Positions 52,136-64,000 are shown, counted from the first letter of the stretch. The stretch: 64,000 nucleotides of DNA from Thalia democratica (GCA_965202585.1 OZ241828.1:57908001-57972000); one strand, 5' to 3'. Numbers and translations: made by a program. The notes: generated by a model not told the origin, from the letters alone.

Positions 52136-52299
52136 TATTGAGCAAAGTATTTTGACGGAGAGCACCAATAAAATGCTTACTCCGAACAAGATGAAAAACA
52201 GGGCAGACATATGACTACAATGCTTCGCTGATGTTGTCAGGCGAGCTCTCACTGCCGGACTGCAGTGCTCAGTTAAACAGCACAGCTTCAAAATCAACT

Positions 52300-52400
52300 T
52301 AGTGGCTCCGATCGTATACGTCGTGACGTGACCACTTATTGCGATTGGTTCCGATTGAAGCGAGCATCGTTGAAGTCAGTTTCATTCCGACAAAGAGCAT
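52300..52400. promoter_or_regulatory. Candidate bidirectional promoter between GNL1 (minus) and NIM1K (plus)
   Basis: CpG-rich island with TGACGT (CRE/ATF-like), ATTGG (CCAAT box) and TCAGTT (Inr-like), lying between two head-to-head genes. No transcript evidence. Confidence 0.4.
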
Positions 52401-53389
52401 AAGATTAACATTAGGCAAATTCCTTATGTTTAAAAAATGGTGCCTGCTTTTGTTTTTGTTTAATTTAGATTTTTTTGTAGATATAAATGCTATAATTTTA
52501 GACTAATATAAAATTGTGTAGTTTTATAGTTTTGTTAACTTATTTAGAATAAATATAAAAATCTAGCATTGTATTCTATATACTTTTAGAATTAGAATGC
52601 TCAATTTTTTTTTTCATTCCCAGGTATGGATAACATGCATGGAACAAGATCAAACTTGGAATCCTATAAGAGGATTGTCACAAGTGCAGGTTTATCAACT
52701 ACCTTCACAGTGACTTGTTTAAAAACCTTTCACAATAACAAACGAGTTTTTTTTTTCTGTTTCATTTTAATACTTAACAACCAACAAACAACACTACATA
52801 ATGTATAAAACTTCATAGTTTAGTACAGGGTTTCCATAGTTCATCATATATCCCTTTATAAAGTTCCTAAAATAACTTTTGCCTTAATTAAATGTCGCTC
52901 TTTTATTAGCAAAATCTCATTACTTTTTTTGAGTAAACTATAAATATTAAAGAATAAATATTAGATAACAAAAGGGGTCTAAATCATTGTGCAAGTTACT
53001 GTCCGGTTTTCTAAGAAAATATTTTACACGGGTTGCAGTAAATAAAATAGCTTTAATAATCATTAAAAAACATTCTAAGCATAAAAATGTGAAAAAACGA
53101 ACAACATTAAAGTATCTAATTACTAAGCATTAAATTAAAATTTCAAGTGTAAACTCGTAGCGCAAGTAATTTTTGTTGTTAAAGGAAAGATGTTTTTTGA
53201 AATTTTGAAAATATTATACAATACATGAAACTGTTTTTATTAAACAATTTTTAAATGAATATCAGGATAACATTAAAAACAATAAGAACGTAATATTTCG
53301 TTATTATTTTAGTTTTAGTTTATTACTATAATTCCCTCATAATCAACTAACTTAAAAGTCATGATAGCCCATGACCTTAATAATAAAAC

Positions 53390-53842
53390 TGGAGACTGGT
53401 CAGTTTTGTACAAACAAACTTTTGCACGGGTTGAAACTTTTTTTACTTTATTTAACTATTGTTTTTTTTTTTTTATCACTGCCACTCCCACTACTACTAA
53501 CTCTTACCCGGTTACTTTCATTCTTCTTCTTATTATTTTCTTTTGTTTTTGCATTTTTTTTAACAATCACTGTTATCCCTAACCTTTAACTTAAGTCAGT
53601 AATTTTTTCTTGTAATTTTTTTCTTTTTAATTTTTTTTTCTACTTTTTATTATTACTGTCACCCCTAATCTTTAAGCTTTGTCGGTTTTTTTTTATCAAT
53701 TTTGTTATTAATTTGTTTTTTATTTGTTTTTTACTATCACTCCAAACCCTTGGTCAGGTTTTTTTTTGTATAAATATTATTTATTTATTTTTTTATTACC
53801 CTCGTAAAAAATTGTCACTTGTGCAAAAATGTCTACCTTTCA
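53390..53842. mobile_element. MITE, degenerate member of the same family
   Basis: CTTTTGCACGGG left motif, internal ATCACTGTTATCCCTAACC units, GTGCAAAAATGTC right motif. Confidence 0.55.
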
Positions 53843-55546
53843 AAAAATCTACATTAAAACAGTTTGTATTTAAATAGAAAAGTACGTTAACTAAAGTTAT
53901 TATTTGGTAACTTTTGTTTAGTTCAATGAAAGATTGAATTAAAAATTACAATTAGTTTTAATAAAACCCACTGGAGTGTAAACTACTAAGTGCGTATAAA
54001 AACAATTTAATAAATGACAAAAAGCGACAAGGAAAATTTTTCGAGCCACGAAAGTTTAAACACTAAAAGTGTATGCGTCTAAGTTTTGTTTTTTAAGCAG
54101 TCATTAGCATAACAGTATTGGTTTTTCATAAATTAAAACATTAATTAGCATTATGCGAAAGAAGTATATTAAGATTAAGACTAAATTTAGATTGGTTGAT
54201 ATTATAAATATAATTTTTTTTTTCCAAATTATAGAATACTTTTTTTACGAAGACAAAATAGGAAGATGCAGATTAATTCTTCTAAATTAACATTTCTTGA
54301 TGCAAAAAGTGATTAAACAGCATTTAGTTTATGTAAAATATATTACCTCAAAATTAACAACTTTTAAAATATTAAAGTGTACTTTTGATTAAATGTTTTT
54401 CTAAATTTCCACACTTTGATCTTAGGTTTTAAAAAGTTCGTGGTTTTTAAAAAGTTGTTTTCAAACAAACACTTTATAAAATATTTTATTAATAGATTTT
54501 ATTAATAGTAACAGATATAATTTATTTTATGTTCAGTGTTCAGTTAAAAGATTAAGTTATTAATTTTGATACACTAATCAGTAAGAAAATTTAAATGACT
54601 TAATTATATTAAAACAATTTAAAATTTTAGGCAAAATACTTTCTGTTATATTATAAGCCCATAATACTTATTATTACAAACAGTTTTTTGTTAATGTAAA
54701 ATTTTTATCTTACTCAATTAGTATTTAAAAAGTCAAACTTTTTTCAAAAAATCTGATCACTTCAACTAATTTTTTAATTTAATCCAAAATTTTTGAACAT
54801 GTCTTTAATCTAACCACTAAAAGTTTAAAACCTTTTCAAATGATCTTATAAACTGTTTGCTTGCCAAAATAATCAATTTAAAACATTCCATATTAGATCG
54901 CCCATTAGCAGGTAGAGAATTTAAATACTTTTGCAACGAAGGATACTTCACCCATAGACCTAACCAAACTCTGAAAGATTGGAAGCAGTTTGCCAAACAA
55001 ATATCTGCAATTGGATCAAGTAGCTACTTGCGGTTGAAGTTAACTCATTCTATAATAACCATAGTTTGTATAATTGAAAAAATATAAAATGATAATGGGT
55101 TTATACATACTTCAAAAAATAAAACGATACTAATTAAATATAAAAGACTTTTTAAAATACGTAGTATGTTAAAATAAAGTCAGCACTTGCTTCTTTTGCA
55201 GCGACTTGCAAAGAGAAAAAAATCAACATTTACAGGAAAGAATGATTTTACCGTCTTTGATAATAGAAGAATAGGTATGATAATAAGTTTAAAACAGTTT
55301 ATTGTTCAAAGCTAAGAAATCTTTTATTTAAAGTTTTATTTCTAGTTTCCAGTCATCTAAAAAGCCAGTTTTTACATTTTTATCTCATGTTCCTCTCAGC
55401 AACTAAAGTATGCTAAAATAGAATAAAAAAGTAGTGTAAATTTTTTTCGTATTATGTTTTGGATTTAAAAAGTAGTTTTTAAAACCAAAACATACAATAA
55501 GAAAGTAGTGTAAAATTACCTGTTTTACTTATTTATGTATGTTATA

Positions 55547-56035
55547 TGGGTAGGTGTCAAAAATGCACAAAGGGACACTTATACACAGGTTGGAACTTTT
55601 TTTATTTTATTTTTTATTTATTTTTTTTTATCACTATCACTGTTACCCCTAAGTCTTATCCTTGGTCGTTGACTTTTTTTTTTCTTATTTTTTAATTTAT
55701 GATTCATTTTCTTTCAACTATCACTGTTACCCCTAACCCTTACCCTTGGTTGATAACTTTTTTTTCTTCTTATTTAATTTTTTTTAATTTTTTTTTTATT
55801 TTTTATACTATTTCTTATACCCTTAACCTTTACCTTTAGTTGGTTTATTTATTTATTTTATAAATTAATTTATTATTTTACTGTTACCCCTAACTCTACC
55901 TTTAGTCATTATTTTTTATTTGTATTTTATTTTCTTTCTATCCTGAAAAATTGATACTTTGTTCAAAAGTGACCTCTTTTGCAAAAGTGTATATTTGGGC
56001 ACATTTTAACCTTTGTGCATTGTTTACCCCTTTCC
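55547..56035. mobile_element. MITE, same family as 3594-4047
   Basis: Starts GGGTAGGTGTCAAAAATGCACAAAGGGACAC; internal CCCTAACCCTTACCC units; inverted end motif. Confidence 0.65.
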
Positions 56036-56607
56036 ACATTTTATACATGTCATACATATCTTCTTCATATAAATTGAAGAAATAAAATGTTAATGTTCAA
56101 AACTATGGTAAATTGATTGTTGTGAAGAAAGAAATTTTAATTGTTGATCCTCAAACCATATATTGTAAACAATTTTTGAGCAGGTCTATTTAAAATCACA
56201 ATAAAAATAAAATTTTAAGACCAATAAAAACTGTATTTGAAATAAAAATTAAACAAGGAAATTAAATCTAAAAGAAAAAAGGTATGCACTCTTTTTTAAT
56301 TGCATAATTTTTAATTCTGCCAATATTGATCATATAAACCATAGTCTACCATGGGCACCACACTGTCTCCTGCCTTAGATTTAAATTTTTGCAATAACGT
56401 ACTTTCACATTATTCTTGTGCCCTTTTTCCAAGATCAGCTACGAAATTACAAAAAACAGGTCAATAACTAAACAAAAAGAGAGAAGCAATAAAATTACTA
56501 TAAGTAACATACTTCTTATCCTTTAAATATATAAAAATAGTTATGAGTATAAACATAAACTGTAGAGCATAACATACTTTGATAAAATCTATAAACTTCT
56601 TTCTATA

Positions 56608-56825
56608 GGCTTATAAGCGTGCCCCACGTGCAGTAAAAGAGATTAAAAAATTTGCCACCAAAATGATGGTAACCAAAGATGTCAGAGTTGAAACCAGACT
56701 GAACAAGGCCATCTGGAGCCAGGGAATCAGGAACGTGCTATACAAATTCTGCATCAGGTTGTTAAGGAAACACAATGGTCATCTTTGAAGGTCTTCCAAC
56801 TGTCAACGTTGATGCAGATGAATAA
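56608..56825 (+). pseudogene. RPL31: Ribosomal protein eL31 pseudogene, 5'-truncated, probably processed
   Basis: Translates to [52 protein letters not shown], then an internal deletion/frameshift, then [13 protein letters not shown]. No intron across the aligned part; no upstream exon found. Confidence 0.85.
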
Positions 56826-58358
56826 ATTAGATTGTATTATAAGTATTAATAGTAAGATTGTTTAGCTTTTTTCTTATCTTATCTAAAGCTGCTAAGGCTA
56901 ATTTTAAATGCTTGAATTTTTTTGAATAGTTTGGTGTTTTTTAGATATTTTGGGCTAGTTTGAAATTAAGAATATTTTAGGACTACTCAGGCTAGGTTTT
57001 TGTTATTATATGATTATATGATACTAAATTGATTCAGTTTAATAACATGATATACTAAATAGCTAAAAGACTGTTGAGAAATTTGACTTTTTAAAAATGG
57101 ATTTTTTCCACATTTTTGATTATGAATTAAAACCATAATTAGTACTATAATGTAGCTTTTGTTGCAAAAGATAAGTTATGTTTTTCATATTTTTAAATTT
57201 ATAATTTATAAAAGGAATTAAGAAAATATAATCAATAAGACTGATGAGTTTCTACCAAAAAAAAAATTTAATTAGTTTTTTTGATATATTAGCTTTTTAT
57301 CTTTAAATTATATTTTAAAATAAATATTGAATAAATTGATTTCATCTGCAATAAGTTATTCAAAAGTTTATTGACAAAAATTAAGCTGTTGTGAGCTTAG
57401 GGTGCACAGAATTGTGTTTTTTAGGACTAACAAAGAATTTTTTTTTATTTTTTATTTCACAAAGACTAGTATGTTTTTTATACAACATGGTCTTAATAAT
57501 GTTTGATGTTAAATTTTAGCAATATATAGTGTTTACTTCTGTTATTTTTTCATCTTTTTTGTCAGTTTAGTTCTACAACTAGTATTCTTTAACATTGTTT
57601 AGTTGAATTCAGATTAAAGATTAAATAGATTTCTTTAATTAGTTTACTAAATAGTAGAGAACAATATTGTTAAAAACTCTGCATTAACTTTGTAAGAAAA
57701 TATAGCCAAACAGTAATTTTTAAGCATTTGCCAACATTACCAGTTTGTCTTAAATCATTTTCAGGGTGGTCTTTTAACCAGGAGTTCTTGAAAAACCTGA
57801 AATAACCTGGAGTTTAAAATATAATTTTTACTTAGAAAATAAATTAGATTATAAAAATATATTCAAACATTTTTTATATTTTTAGACAACTTCACATTGT
57901 TTTTAAAATTGAAGTTTTATTTATTTGTACATACTAAGTTATGAAATTTCTTTTTGTTAGTTATTTTTTTATTAACCAACTATAAAACTTAGTGCTATAA
58001 TGATTGTTCAGTCTTAATGTGTTTTACCAAATTGATATGAATAACTAAAGTCAGCTTGAATAAATAACAGTCTTTGTAAGTTAACTATAAAAACTTCAAG
58101 CATAGTTATTTGGATTTATTTTTTTACATTTTAAATATACAAAATTAAAAAAAGAAATTATGAAAAAATTAAGTTCAAACCAGTTTTGCCTAAGACTAAA
58201 AAAATAATCCAGATAGATAAAGTTATTCTAATATATAACTTGGAAAAAAGTTTGGGATTTTTGAAACAATTATTTATTGCAGCTATAATTCTTTTAGATT
58301 TATCTAAAAATATTAAATAGATCATTGAAAAATTGATATGTAAAGAAAACTTTCAAGC

Positions 58359-61212
58359 ATGGAAGAACCTTCAAATGGTAAGATCAATATTTTACAACAA
58401 TTATGTTTCAAACAATACAATTAATAGTATTTCATTATAAAATGATGTTTTATTATTACAGTTTTTAAAAACAAAATAAAGTAGTCAGATTTTGCAACTA
58501 AAAAAATTCAATTAGAGTATAATATAAACTTATTCAAAGTTTATTATACAACATAAAACAGGGGTTGGAAAACTTTAGCCGGTGGGCCGAAATGCGGTCT
58601 GCTAAACAAAAGCTGCTTACCCATGAGATCATGACATGATTTAGCTAAATACAATTATCTTAAAAAATCAAATTTAAGCTGTTTTATATTAATATTTTGA
58701 AAATATGATCTTTATTGACTTGTTAGTTAACTGCTGCGTGTTTTATAATTATTTTGCTCTAATATAAATTATTTGTATCTTTAAGTTTTTTTAAGTACTT
58801 TGACCTGCTAGAACAGTTTTCATATTTTTTTAGTTTTAATAATAATAAAAACCTATGTAGCAAAAAGAAGTTTATTACATCTTTGCAGACGAAGAGTTTG
58901 ATTTCACCAAGCAACTGAAGCAGTTTCAGTACAACAAGGGCAGGCAGCGTGAAGTGAAAGCAGGCAAAAGGATCGGTTTGTACTCCTTTGAAGGGGAGAT
59001 TGGGAGGGGTAATTTCTCACAAGTCGTTACTGCTGTTCATGACATCACAAAAGGTAGTGTAGATTTTACTTATATTAGAAATTATTAAATGGCATTTTGT
59101 CATAAAACATTTGTAGTATTATAGTTTGGTATTGGTATTGAATATAATGTTTAGCTTGGTTTTCTAATCAACATTTTTATTGTTTTTAATATAACCAACA
59201 CAAAAGGTAGTGTTGGATATATTGTGTTAGGAATTATTTAAATGGCATTTTTATCATGAAACATGTGTGATTGTTTGGTATCAAGTTTAGCTTGACCAAG
59301 AAAACCTTGTTTTCAAATCAACATTTATTATTGTTGATTGAGTTAGTTGGACGTGTGTCTCAATACTATATGGTTTTAAATGTAAAGCGTATGATACCAA
59401 GTTTAGTTCTTCAAAAAACACTTTGTTTTGGTGACACCTTTAGTTTGACCAAGAAAATTTTATTTTTGATTTAACTAAATTAAAAAAAAATTGCTCCATA
59501 AAAAAAACAAGATAAGGCTTAAAAGTGATAACAAAAATGTAGAAGCCAAAGTTTTATTTTTTTATTTTCAATTACAAAGTAAAAGTACAACTTGGTTAAT
59601 AAGAAATCAATATTTTTTTTTATAACCTTTAGCTTTTTTTTTTTTCAAAGCAAACTAGTCTTAATTTAGTTGATGAATTTTTAATTAGTTATGTTGCTTT
59701 TTTGTAGTAAAACGATAAATATATTGGTTGTTAGTAGTTTTTATTGTGAATATATGACTAAATTAAACTTTTTGATTCTTTTGTACGTTTATTTTTACTT
59801 AGAAAATTGCTAATAATTACCGAAAAATAGAGTTGAAATCGTTTTCATTTTGATATTAAAATAAAATAAATTCTCAAGTTATTTTAAGTTTATAATTGTA
59901 AAGTATTAACATTTATTCATTTCCCAATAATAAAGTGCTTAGTACTTAGAATTATCATATTTAAAAAATAGCCAAGTGTTTAAGTACTGAATAAGTTTTG
60001 TTATATTAGTTTTCTTTGCCAAAATTTTTACAAAGTCTTTTTTAAGTTTTGTGTCATTGAGCGTAAATTTTCTGAAAGCCAATCTTCTTTTGATCTTAGT
60101 GTATTTAATTTTAAATTTAGTTTTGTTATAAAATAAGCTTATCAATAGTTTTCAAGGCATAAGAAAATTTTAAAACATACAACTTCCTATATAAATTTTC
60201 AATACTTGTTTAATGTTACTTAAAAAATTGTTACTTACAATAAATTTATATTCAAAGCTATTATATATTTTTTGCTAAAACTAAATAATCCATGTCCCAG
60301 GATTCTTGTGTTATAAATTTTTGATTTGTTTTTACTTCAAAAAAATCAGTATAGTAAACTTTATGTTGTATGTTGAAGATTTAATTTTTTTTTTGTAAAA
60401 TTTTGAACAGTTTATTAAAGGCACTTTTGTTAATGACTTGTACTATAAGTAATTACAACTTCATGTTTATTTAACTTTTATGTTTTTCAACAAGGAGTGT
60501 TTAGACAAACAATTGATAGGCATTGTTTTTGTTTTTGACAGTTTAATTTTAATCAAATTGTTTTTGGTAACCAACTTTAGATAGATAGCTATTGTTACAT
60601 AAGTTTAACGTTTTACTTATATACTTAGTTAAACTTTTTTTCTGAAAACAGTATACTTTACAACTCTTATTTAAGTTTTTGTAAACTATTATAGACTCTA
60701 AACATTTTTGACAAGTATGCTTTTCAAGTAAGTATTTTTGTTGATTTTAAAATTTAAAAAATTGTGACTTAAATAAGTAATTTAAAGTTTTGATTTACAT
60801 GATTACTGAAGCAAAAAAAAATCTCATAAGAGTTACATTTTTCAGAAAATCTAAATATAATTTTTATCTTAAAAACACTTCATATTATGAAAAAACTGAA
60901 ATGCACAAAGTTTTATATTGTTTGGTTTTTGCTTTAATACTGTTAAAATAATAAGATTTTTAAAACTTGTAATTGCCGATTAGTTAAAATACCAGTGATT
61001 GAGGCTTTTGAAAATTGTTTATGAACCATCATAAGAAATTTTTATTTTTTATTTGTTATTCATTTGATACCAACTGCGCCTTTTCAACAGCAAAAATTGC
61101 GGTGAAAGTTATCAAAAAGGCGTATTTGGACAAGAAAACGAAAAAGTTGTTGTCTCACGAAGTGGTCAACCTGGAAAAACTTCATCACCCCAACATCATC
61201 AAAGTTTTCGAG
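58359..61212 (+). CDS. NIM1K: NIM1-type Ser/Thr kinase (AMPK-related, CAMK group), first three coding exons; gene continues beyond the window
   Basis: Exons 58359-58377 (ATG...AATG|gtaaga), 58889-59053, 61091-61212 splice in frame to MEEPSNDEEFDF...EVKAGKRIGLYSFEGEIGRGNFSQV...AKIAVKVIKK...LLSHEVVNLEKLHHPNIIKVFE. This has the glycine loop, VAIK-type lysine, alphaC Glu and HPNII; the GKRIGxY...GNFSQV signature is typical of NIM1K. The 19-nt first exon is the least certain part. Confidence 0.85.
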
Positions 61213-61352
61213 GTTTTAAAGTTTTTCAACTTTTGAATAAAACTATTTATAGGCCTATTAATACTTTCCACAGCAACAGATTTCTGTATATTAATTTTCT
61301 GAGCTTTTTTAATCACGTTGATATAATTTTACTTAAAACAAGTCTTTTTCAA

Positions 61353-61391
61353 CAACACATATATATTTCAACAATTTTCTTCAGTGTGATT
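61353..61391 (-). ncRNA. Minimal type I hammerhead ribozyme in the Penelope pseudo-LTR
   Basis: Minus strand: CACA-CTGAAGA-AA-ATTG-TT-GAAA-TATA-TA^-TGTG; palindromic ATATAT stem III, as described for PLE minimal hammerheads. Confidence 0.7.
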
Positions 61392-62137
61392 ACAATTGTA
61401 ACAAGGTAAAACAAATTTTAAACTTATATAGCCTTTTTAATTATATGAGAAATTATCAATCAAATAGCAAAAAAACCTAAACTATAACAAAAAATAAAAA
61501 ATTAAAAATTAAAAACAACAAGGAAAACGTAATTAACTGTAACAATTTAAAACAAAACAAAATTAGTCTAATTTAAACAAGGATAATGAGTAATCAAATT
61601 CTCTTTGTTTGCATAATTCTGGCTTGTTTAAGTGAATATAAATAGCTTCTATTTTAATTAAATCAAAAATGTTCGTGCAACTTCTTAAAACTTTGAACTT
61701 TGTCTCACTGTAATTATTACCACATTTAGGATTTTTTACTAAGTGCTCTGAAATTGATGATCTTTTTGTTGCGTTTAAGGTTGCATTACTCATTTTCTTC
61801 GGTTGATTTTTGATAAAGTTAAAAGAAGAACATTTTAATGAATTTATTAGTTATTCTGAAAATATTACTAAAAAGCAGCAAGAGAAGTATTTGGAAAAAA
61901 ACAAAAAGAACTTAAACAGACTGGTAGAACTTAAATTTGGAAACTTCACCAAGCAAAGTGTCAAAAACTTATCTTCTCAAAAATTTGACGAAAAAGACTT
62001 GACTGCGTTAAGCTATGGAATGAATTTTTCACTCCCCGCAAAAAAAGGTTGATCAAGTTGCTACTTATTTAGGATTTGAGAAATATTTAAATTAACTTTT
62101 AAAACTCCAGCCAAGTTCAAAACAGGATGAAGTTGCT

Positions 62138-63967
62138 TTGAAAGCAAACTTAGTCTCAGTTGCACACAACTTTTGCAAACTTAAGCCAGAACATAGTTCT
62201 GTAATTAATTCAAAAGAAATCATAAGTAGCCTGACTAAGATTAAAAGTAATGAACATATTGTCATTACTAAACCTGACAAAGGTTCAGGAATCGTAATTC
62301 TCAATAAAGATGACTATAATTCTAAAATGTTGAACATAATTAATGATGAGAAGAAGTTTTTGAAAATAGGTCCTGTAGGAGATAACTTAACTATAGTTAA
62401 GTTGGAAAAGAAAATTATTCAAATATTAAAAGATTTGGTGGATAAAAATGAACTTTCTCAAGAACATTATAATTTAATTAGACCGGTAGGTTCCATAAGA
62501 CCTCGTTTATATGGTTTACCAAAACTACACAAAGTGGATATACCTCTGAGGCCTATACTTTCTATGATAAGATCTCCACAACATGAATTGGCAAGATACT
62601 TAAATAGTCTTTTGGATCCAGTGTTGAAGTATTTTTCTAGATATATTGTAAAAGACTCTTTCAAGTTTGTAGATGACTTAAAACTCCAGGGAGTTAAAGA
62701 CACGTTTCTTTGTTCTTTTGATGTAAAAAGTCATTTTACAAGTGTACCTTTAAATGAAGTGATAGATATTTGTGCAGAAATGTTATATAACCTTGAAAAT
62801 CCGACTCTGAAAAGAAGTAATTTTGTTCGACTAATGAGACTCGCAACAGAAGAAGTTGAATTCAGTTTTAATAATATATTATACCGTCAAATTGATGGTA
62901 TTGCCATGGGTTCCCCATTAGGACCTACATTGGCAAACATATTTATGGGCTATCTTGAATACAAAGTTCTACCAGAATTCGATTCAAATTGTAAGTACAT
63001 GAGATACGTGGATGATTGTTTTGTTATCAGTGATAGTGTAAAAGTTAGTAATTTATTGTTTGAGAGGTTAAACTCTTTGCATAGTGCTATTAAATTTACA
63101 AAAGAAAATGAAGAAAATGATCAAATATCATTTTTAGATGTTTTAATCAAAAGAAAGGATAATAAATTCATAACGTCTATTTTCAGAAAACCATTTACTG
63201 GTCAATACCTTAACTTTCAATCATATTGCAGTAAAAGAAGAAAAATTGGTTTGATTAAAACCCTATTTCATAGAGCAAATAAAATATGTTCGCCAGAAGT
63301 ATTTCAGAATGAACTTAAGGTTATAAAAGAATTACTAATAAAGAACGGATATCCTAATCCGTTGATTGATAAGGTATTCAAAACTGAATTGAAAAGACTA
63401 AATTACACAAAACCTTATGGACCAGAGAAATGTCCTGTTCTATTAATTTTGCCCTATGTGGGTGAAAAATCAAAACAAGTTGAAAGAGATATCAAGAATA
63501 TGACAGAAAAAGTTTACCATGCATCTAAACCAAGAGTAATTTTTACATCTGCTGCTATCCTAAATCCTAGAGGTAAAGATCTAATATCCTACAAACACAA
63601 AAGTTGCGTGGTATACACGTATAAATGCTGTTGCGCAAACAGCTATATAGGACAAACTTCTAGGCATTTAGAAACAAGAATAAAAGAACACGTACCTAAG
63701 TGCGTGAAAGACCATATCAAAAATCAACCGAAGAAAATGAGTAATGCAACCTTAAACGCAACAAAAAGATCATCAATTTCAGAGCACTTAGTAAAAAATC
63801 CTAAATGTGGTAATAATTACAGTGAGACAAAGTTCAAAGTTTTAAGAAGTTGCACGAACATTTTTGATTTAATTAAAATAGAAGCTATTTATATTCACTT
63901 AAACAAGCCAGAATTATGCAAACAAAGAGAATTTGATTACTCATTATCCTTGTTTAAATTAGACTAA
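62138..63967 (+). CDS. Penelope-like element polyprotein (reverse transcriptase + GIY-YIG endonuclease), 609-aa uninterrupted part
   Basis: KPDKGSGIV, YGLPKLHK..PLRPILS, SFDVKSHFT, GIAMGSPLGPTLAN, YMRYVDD, ISFLDV, and GIY-YIG-type YIGQTSRHLETRIKEH. Confidence 0.95.
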   Translation: MKANLVSVAHNFCKLKPEHSSVINSKEIISSLTKIKSNEHIVITKPDKGSGIVILNKDDYNSKMLNIINDEKKFLKIGPVGDNLTIVKLEKKIIQILKDLVDKNELSQEHYNLIRPVGSIRPRLYGLPKLHKVDIPLRPILSMIRSPQHELARYLNSLLDPVLKYFSRYIVKDSFKFVDDLKLQGVKDTFLCSFDVKSHFTSVPLNEVIDICAEMLYNLENPTLKRSNFVRLMRLATEEVEFSFNNILYRQIDGIAMGSPLGPTLANIFMGYLEYKVLPEFDSNCKYMRYVDDCFVISDSVKVSNLLFERLNSLHSAIKFTKENEENDQISFLDVLIKRKDNKFITSIFRKPFTGQYLNFQSYCSKRRKIGLIKTLFHRANKICSPEVFQNELKVIKELLIKNGYPNPLIDKVFKTELKRLNYTKPYGPEKCPVLLILPYVGEKSKQVERDIKNMTEKVYHASKPRVIFTSAAILNPRGKDLISYKHKSCVVYTYKCCCANSYIGQTSRHLETRIKEHVPKCVKDHIKNQPKKMSNATLNATKRSSISEHLVKNPKCGNNYSETKFKVLRSCTNIFDLIKIEAIYIHLNKPELCKQREFDYSLSLFKLD

Positions 63968-64000
63968 TTTTGTTTTGTTTTAAATTGTTACAGTTAATTA

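Larger units (their letters stand above)
61270..64000 (+). mobile_element. Young Penelope-like retroelement (RT + C-terminal GIY-YIG) with inverted 5' pseudo-LTR, in NIM1K intron 3
   Basis: Plus-strand ORF plus a minus-strand copy of its own 3' end (~61270-61812) whose 76-aa translation is identical to the ORF C-terminus. The N-terminal region has a frameshift in the A-run at ~62040-62046 and a TAA at 62093-62095. The left boundary is approximate. Confidence 0.95.

Noticed and set aside
52624-52689. AG/GT-bounded 66-nt segment as a NIM1K coding exon
   Set aside because: Cannot be joined in frame to the kinase ORF, which has an in-frame stop just upstream of the 58359 ATG; at most a 5' UTR exon.
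54857-55087. Moderately GC-rich ORF; the minus strand has a W..YPSL-like motif of hAT dimerization domains
   Set aside because: Similarity too weak to assign by eye, and no TIRs or partner exons found.
57241-57270. CTGATGAG hammerhead-like start
   Set aside because: The GAAA element and stems are missing; at most a dead remnant. The same applies to CTGATGA at ~1338.
61810-62137. Programmed frameshift or readthrough in the PLE N-terminus
   Set aside because: A frameshift plus an independent TAA within about 55 bp is more simply two inactivating mutations; PLEs normally have one ORF.

Overview
AT-rich metazoan (probably invertebrate; species not determinable) genomic DNA with short GC-rich exons in long, transposon-filled introns. 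Host genes reconstructed by hand: a complete 8-exon GNL1-type circularly permuted GTPase (minus, 30656-40986, 565 aa); the first three coding exons of a NIM1K-type kinase (plus, from 58359, running out of the window); and a 3-exon orphan of about 136-139 aa with weak PTB/PH-like features (plus, 20531-22451). There is also an RPL31 pseudogene. Mobile DNA includes three Penelope-like retroelements with inverted 5' pseudo-LTRs (one very young), two CR1/L2-clade LINE relics, two decayed hAT transposons with TIRs and 8-bp TSDs, several MITE families, and a four-level nested insertion at 45.6-50.7 kb. The two most notable observations are: (1) most GNL1 introns, and introns of the other two genes, hold a nearby 'ghost' copy of the adjacent exon edge plus splice site, and several ghosts differ from the real exon mainly at synonymous positions (one forms a possible recursive splice site, one a possible 27-nt microexon); (2) several minimal type I hammerhead ribozymes are present, one in sense orientation with its cleavage site about 55 nt upstream of a GNL1 3' splice site. 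All alignments and counts were done by eye; no database search was run.
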